NCBI GenBank assembly: GCA_041640455.1
Contig: JBEQAF010000036.1
Span: forward strand, 1-20,089
Direction: 5' to 3'
Source of the DNA: a bacterium
GTDB taxonomy: Bacteria; CALINM01
Length of the DNA stretch: 20,089 nucleotides
Shown here: in pieces, positions 18,794-20,089 of the stretch
Layout of the letters: each line of letters starts with the position of its first letter
Numbering within the stretch: position 1 is the first letter of the stretch
Notes under the pieces: model-generated
The model's input: the letters and a program-made list of their open reading frames with translations, nothing else
What the model was told of the DNA's origin: nothing
Databases searched by the model: none
Program-made: the position numbers and the translations under genes

Positions 18794-19340
18794 TTAGATC
18801 CCTCAGAATAACGCAGTCTTTCCCCTGAAGCTCTTTAAAATAGACTTCCACAATCTCTTTTCTTGATGTGGGCACCACTTTTCCCACATAATCTGCCTGA
18901 ATAGGGAGTTCTCTGTGTCCACGGTCTATCATAACGGCAAGCTGAATTCTTTTTGGTCTGCCAAAATCAAAGATGGCATCCATGGCGGCTCTTACTGTTC
19001 TTCCTGTAAAAAGCACATCATCTATGAGAACCACATATTTATCATCTAAATTTATAGGTATTTCAGTGGTTTCTATTTTTGGATGGTATCCTATTTTTGA
19101 TATATCGTCTCTGTAGAGAGTAATATCAATATCACCAGAATATATGGAGCAGGATTCCCTGTCTTCGATATCCTTTTTTAGACGCTCTTTGAGATATGAA
19201 CCGCCCTTTTTTATACCAATAAGAACAAGATTATCAAGATCAGGATTTTTTTCAATTATCTCGCTGGCTATTCGATGGATAACACGCTGAAATGCTTTTT
19301 CATCAAAGATGAGAACCTCTTTCTTCAATCGTTTACTCAT
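18780..19340 (-). CDS. pyrR: PyrR / uracil phosphoribosyltransferase family
   Basis: DITLYRDD, VLIDDVLFTGRTVRAA (PRPP loop), DRGHRELPI. Start placed at 19340 (GGAGG 7 nt upstream); an in-frame ATG also exists at 19376. Confidence 0.95.
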   Translation of the reverse strand: MSKRLKKEVLIFDEKAFQRVIHRIASEIIEKNPDLDNLVLIGIKKGGSYLKERLKKDIEDRESCSIYSGDIDITLYRDDISKIGYHPKIETTEIPINLDDKYVVLIDDVLFTGRTVRAAMDAIFDFGRPKRIQLAVMIDRGHRELPIQADYVGKVVPTSRKEIVEVYFKELQGKDCVILRDLNETR

Positions 19341-19401
19341 AAAAAAACCTCCCGCAGGAGGTTTTTTTATACTCATAGCATGGATTATTTTTCCCGTTCA
19401 T
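19333..19401 (-). CDS. Putative 22-aa pyr leader peptide MNGKNNPCYEYKKTSCGRFFYE
   Basis: ATG at 19401, 11 nt after the -10 box; spans the whole hairpin; TAA at 19333-19335 lies just inside pyrR. Translation is unproven. Confidence 0.4.
   Translation of the reverse strand: MNGKNNPCYEYKKTSCGRFFYE
19339..19370 (-). terminator. Perfect 14-bp hairpin with U7 tract (intrinsic terminator/attenuator) that also sequesters the pyrR SD
   Basis: mRNA AUAAAAAAACCUCC-UGCG-GGAGGUUUUUUUAU(G); arms at 19339-19352 and 19357-19370. Confidence 0.8.
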
Positions 19402-19412
19402 TCTAAATCTCT

Positions 19413-19441
19413 ATAATAGCCAAAACCTAACCGTGTGTCAA
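19413..19441 (-). promoter_or_regulatory. Sigma70 promoter of the pyr operon
   Basis: Minus strand TTGACA (19441-19436), 17 nt, TATTAT (19418-19413). Confidence 0.75.
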
Positions 19442-19540
19442 ACTTTTTTATGTGATTAGATATGGTTATAAAATTATTGACAATTAGGGAAAGATGGGTT
19501 TGACTAAGTTCTTCGCAGTCTTTATTTAAATAGTAGATGT

Positions 19541-19568
19541 TTGTTTTAAAATGAAAAAAATGTAAAAT
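19541..19568 (+). promoter_or_regulatory. Putative promoter of the GGQ gene (leaderless geometry)
   Basis: TTGTTT (19541-19546), 16 nt, TAAAAT (19563-19568), 6 nt, then ATG 19575. Confidence 0.45.
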
Positions 19569-19574
19569 ACAGGG

Positions 19575-19958
19575 ATGCATAGGTTTCCAGTCAGCGATGA
19601 AAAGATAAAATTGCTAAAGGAGAAGATGGAGGAGCTTGGTATCAGAGAGAATGAGATTATTGAATCTTTTATCAGATCGGCTGGGAAGGGGGGACAGAAG
19701 GTTAATAAGGCTTCAACCTGTGTGTATCTTAAACATATTGTAACTGGTATTGAGGTTAAATGTCAGGAGGAACGGTCGCTTGGACTAAATAGATACAGGG
19801 CAAGAAAGATACTTGTTAGCAAGGTTGAACAGCTTATAAAGGGAGAGGAAAGTGAAAAATATCAAAGAATTGAAAAAATAAGAAAGCAAAAAAGAAAACG
19901 TTTTAAAAGGGCGAGTAAAAAGATGCTAAGTGTCATCAAGACCGAGGAGATAGAATAA
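19575..19958 (+). CDS. Peptide chain release factor-like protein (GGQ domain only; ArfB/C12orf65-like ribosome rescue factor)
   Basis: ESFIRSAGKGGQKVNKASTCV.LKH..TGI.VKCQEERS...NR, plus basic tail KIRKQKRKRFKRASKK; no codon-recognition domain. Confidence 0.88.
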   Translation: MHRFPVSDEKIKLLKEKMEELGIRENEIIESFIRSAGKGGQKVNKASTCVYLKHIVTGIEVKCQEERSLGLNRYRARKILVSKVEQLIKGEESEKYQRIEKIRKQKRKRFKRASKKMLSVIKTEEIE

Positions 19959-20000
19959 AAATATAATTAGAGTATCCTCTTTATTAACCTTAACTTTGAC

Positions 20001-20089
20001 TGTTATTGCTACAGTCAAGTCACATTTTATTACTATGAGAAAATGTCACATTCTTTTTCCAGCTTTTTCTCCATGGGTGATTAGCTGGT
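20001..20089 (-). mobile_element. Probable terminal end of an ISNCY/IS1202(IS481-like) insertion sequence, continuing beyond the window
   Basis: Plus strand begins TGT at 20001 and carries two imperfect tandem units (TATTGCTACAGTCAAGTCACATT / TATTACTATGAGAAAATGTCACATT). The overlapping minus-strand ORF end has the P..HPWR motif recalled from these transposases. Confidence 0.6.
20020..20088 (-). CDS. C-terminal fragment of a probable ISNCY/IS1202-like transposase (..PANHPWRKSWKKNVTFSHSNKM*)
   Basis: Open minus frame from the window edge to TGA at 20020-20022. HPWR tail motif; the ORF runs into the terminal repeats (GTGACATTT = VTF). Only 22 codons are visible. Confidence 0.55.
   Translation of the reverse strand, partial: PANHPWRKSWKKNVTFSHSNKM

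Noticed and set aside
19477..19505. Plus-strand TTGACA and TTGACT hexamers suggesting an sRNA promoter
   Set aside because: No acceptable -10 at 16-18 nt and no convincing terminator.
19398..19580. 60-aa minus-strand ORF in the ORF track
   Set aside because: Runs across two divergent promoters, overlaps the GGQ gene start, and has no SD or recognisable motif.
19968..19995. Possible dif/Xer site 5 bp outside the IS end
   Set aside because: TAACCTTAACT only partly resembles a XerD arm and the other arm does not fit; not supportable.
20075..20089. GGGTGATTAGCT resembles the 5' end of tRNA-Val
   Set aside because: Continues GGT instead of CAG; better explained as the antisense of the PANHP codons.
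1..20089. CRISPR arrays, rRNA/tRNA genes, prophage or defence systems
   Set aside because: No regularly spaced repeats, cloverleafs or such protein motifs were seen; intergenic space is minimal.

Overview
AT-rich, very compact bacterial chromosomal segment with a gene content that looks Deltaproteobacteria/Desulfobacterota-like (inference). It is mostly housekeeping. In order: 5'-truncated PAS/HisKA/HATPase/REC hybrid kinase (+); UDG family 4-MogA-MFS cluster (-); Zn-dependent phospholipase C-like gene and sucCD (+); secreted GIFT/DUF4350-like protein (-); MCP-HhH-GPD glycosylase-site-2 protease cluster (-); rnc-radical SAM (+); a long minus-strand run pyrR-pyrB-pyrC-carA-hypothetical-ccsA-resB with no carB; a GGQ release-factor-like gene (+); and, in the last ~90 nt, the probable end of an ISNCY/IS1202-like insertion sequence. 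The most interesting signal is the pyr leader. A sigma70 promoter is followed by an unannotated, near-leaderless 22-codon uORF. This uORF reads through a perfect 14-bp terminator-like hairpin that also buries the pyrR Shine-Dalgarno and start codon. The PyrR lacks several residues known for RNA binding and no canonical PyrR loop is visible, which suggests a non-canonical, translation-coupled pyrimidine attenuator. Also notable: a CcsA with a rewritten WWD motif and several SD-less short-leader genes. All comparisons to reference proteins are from memory and need database confirmation.
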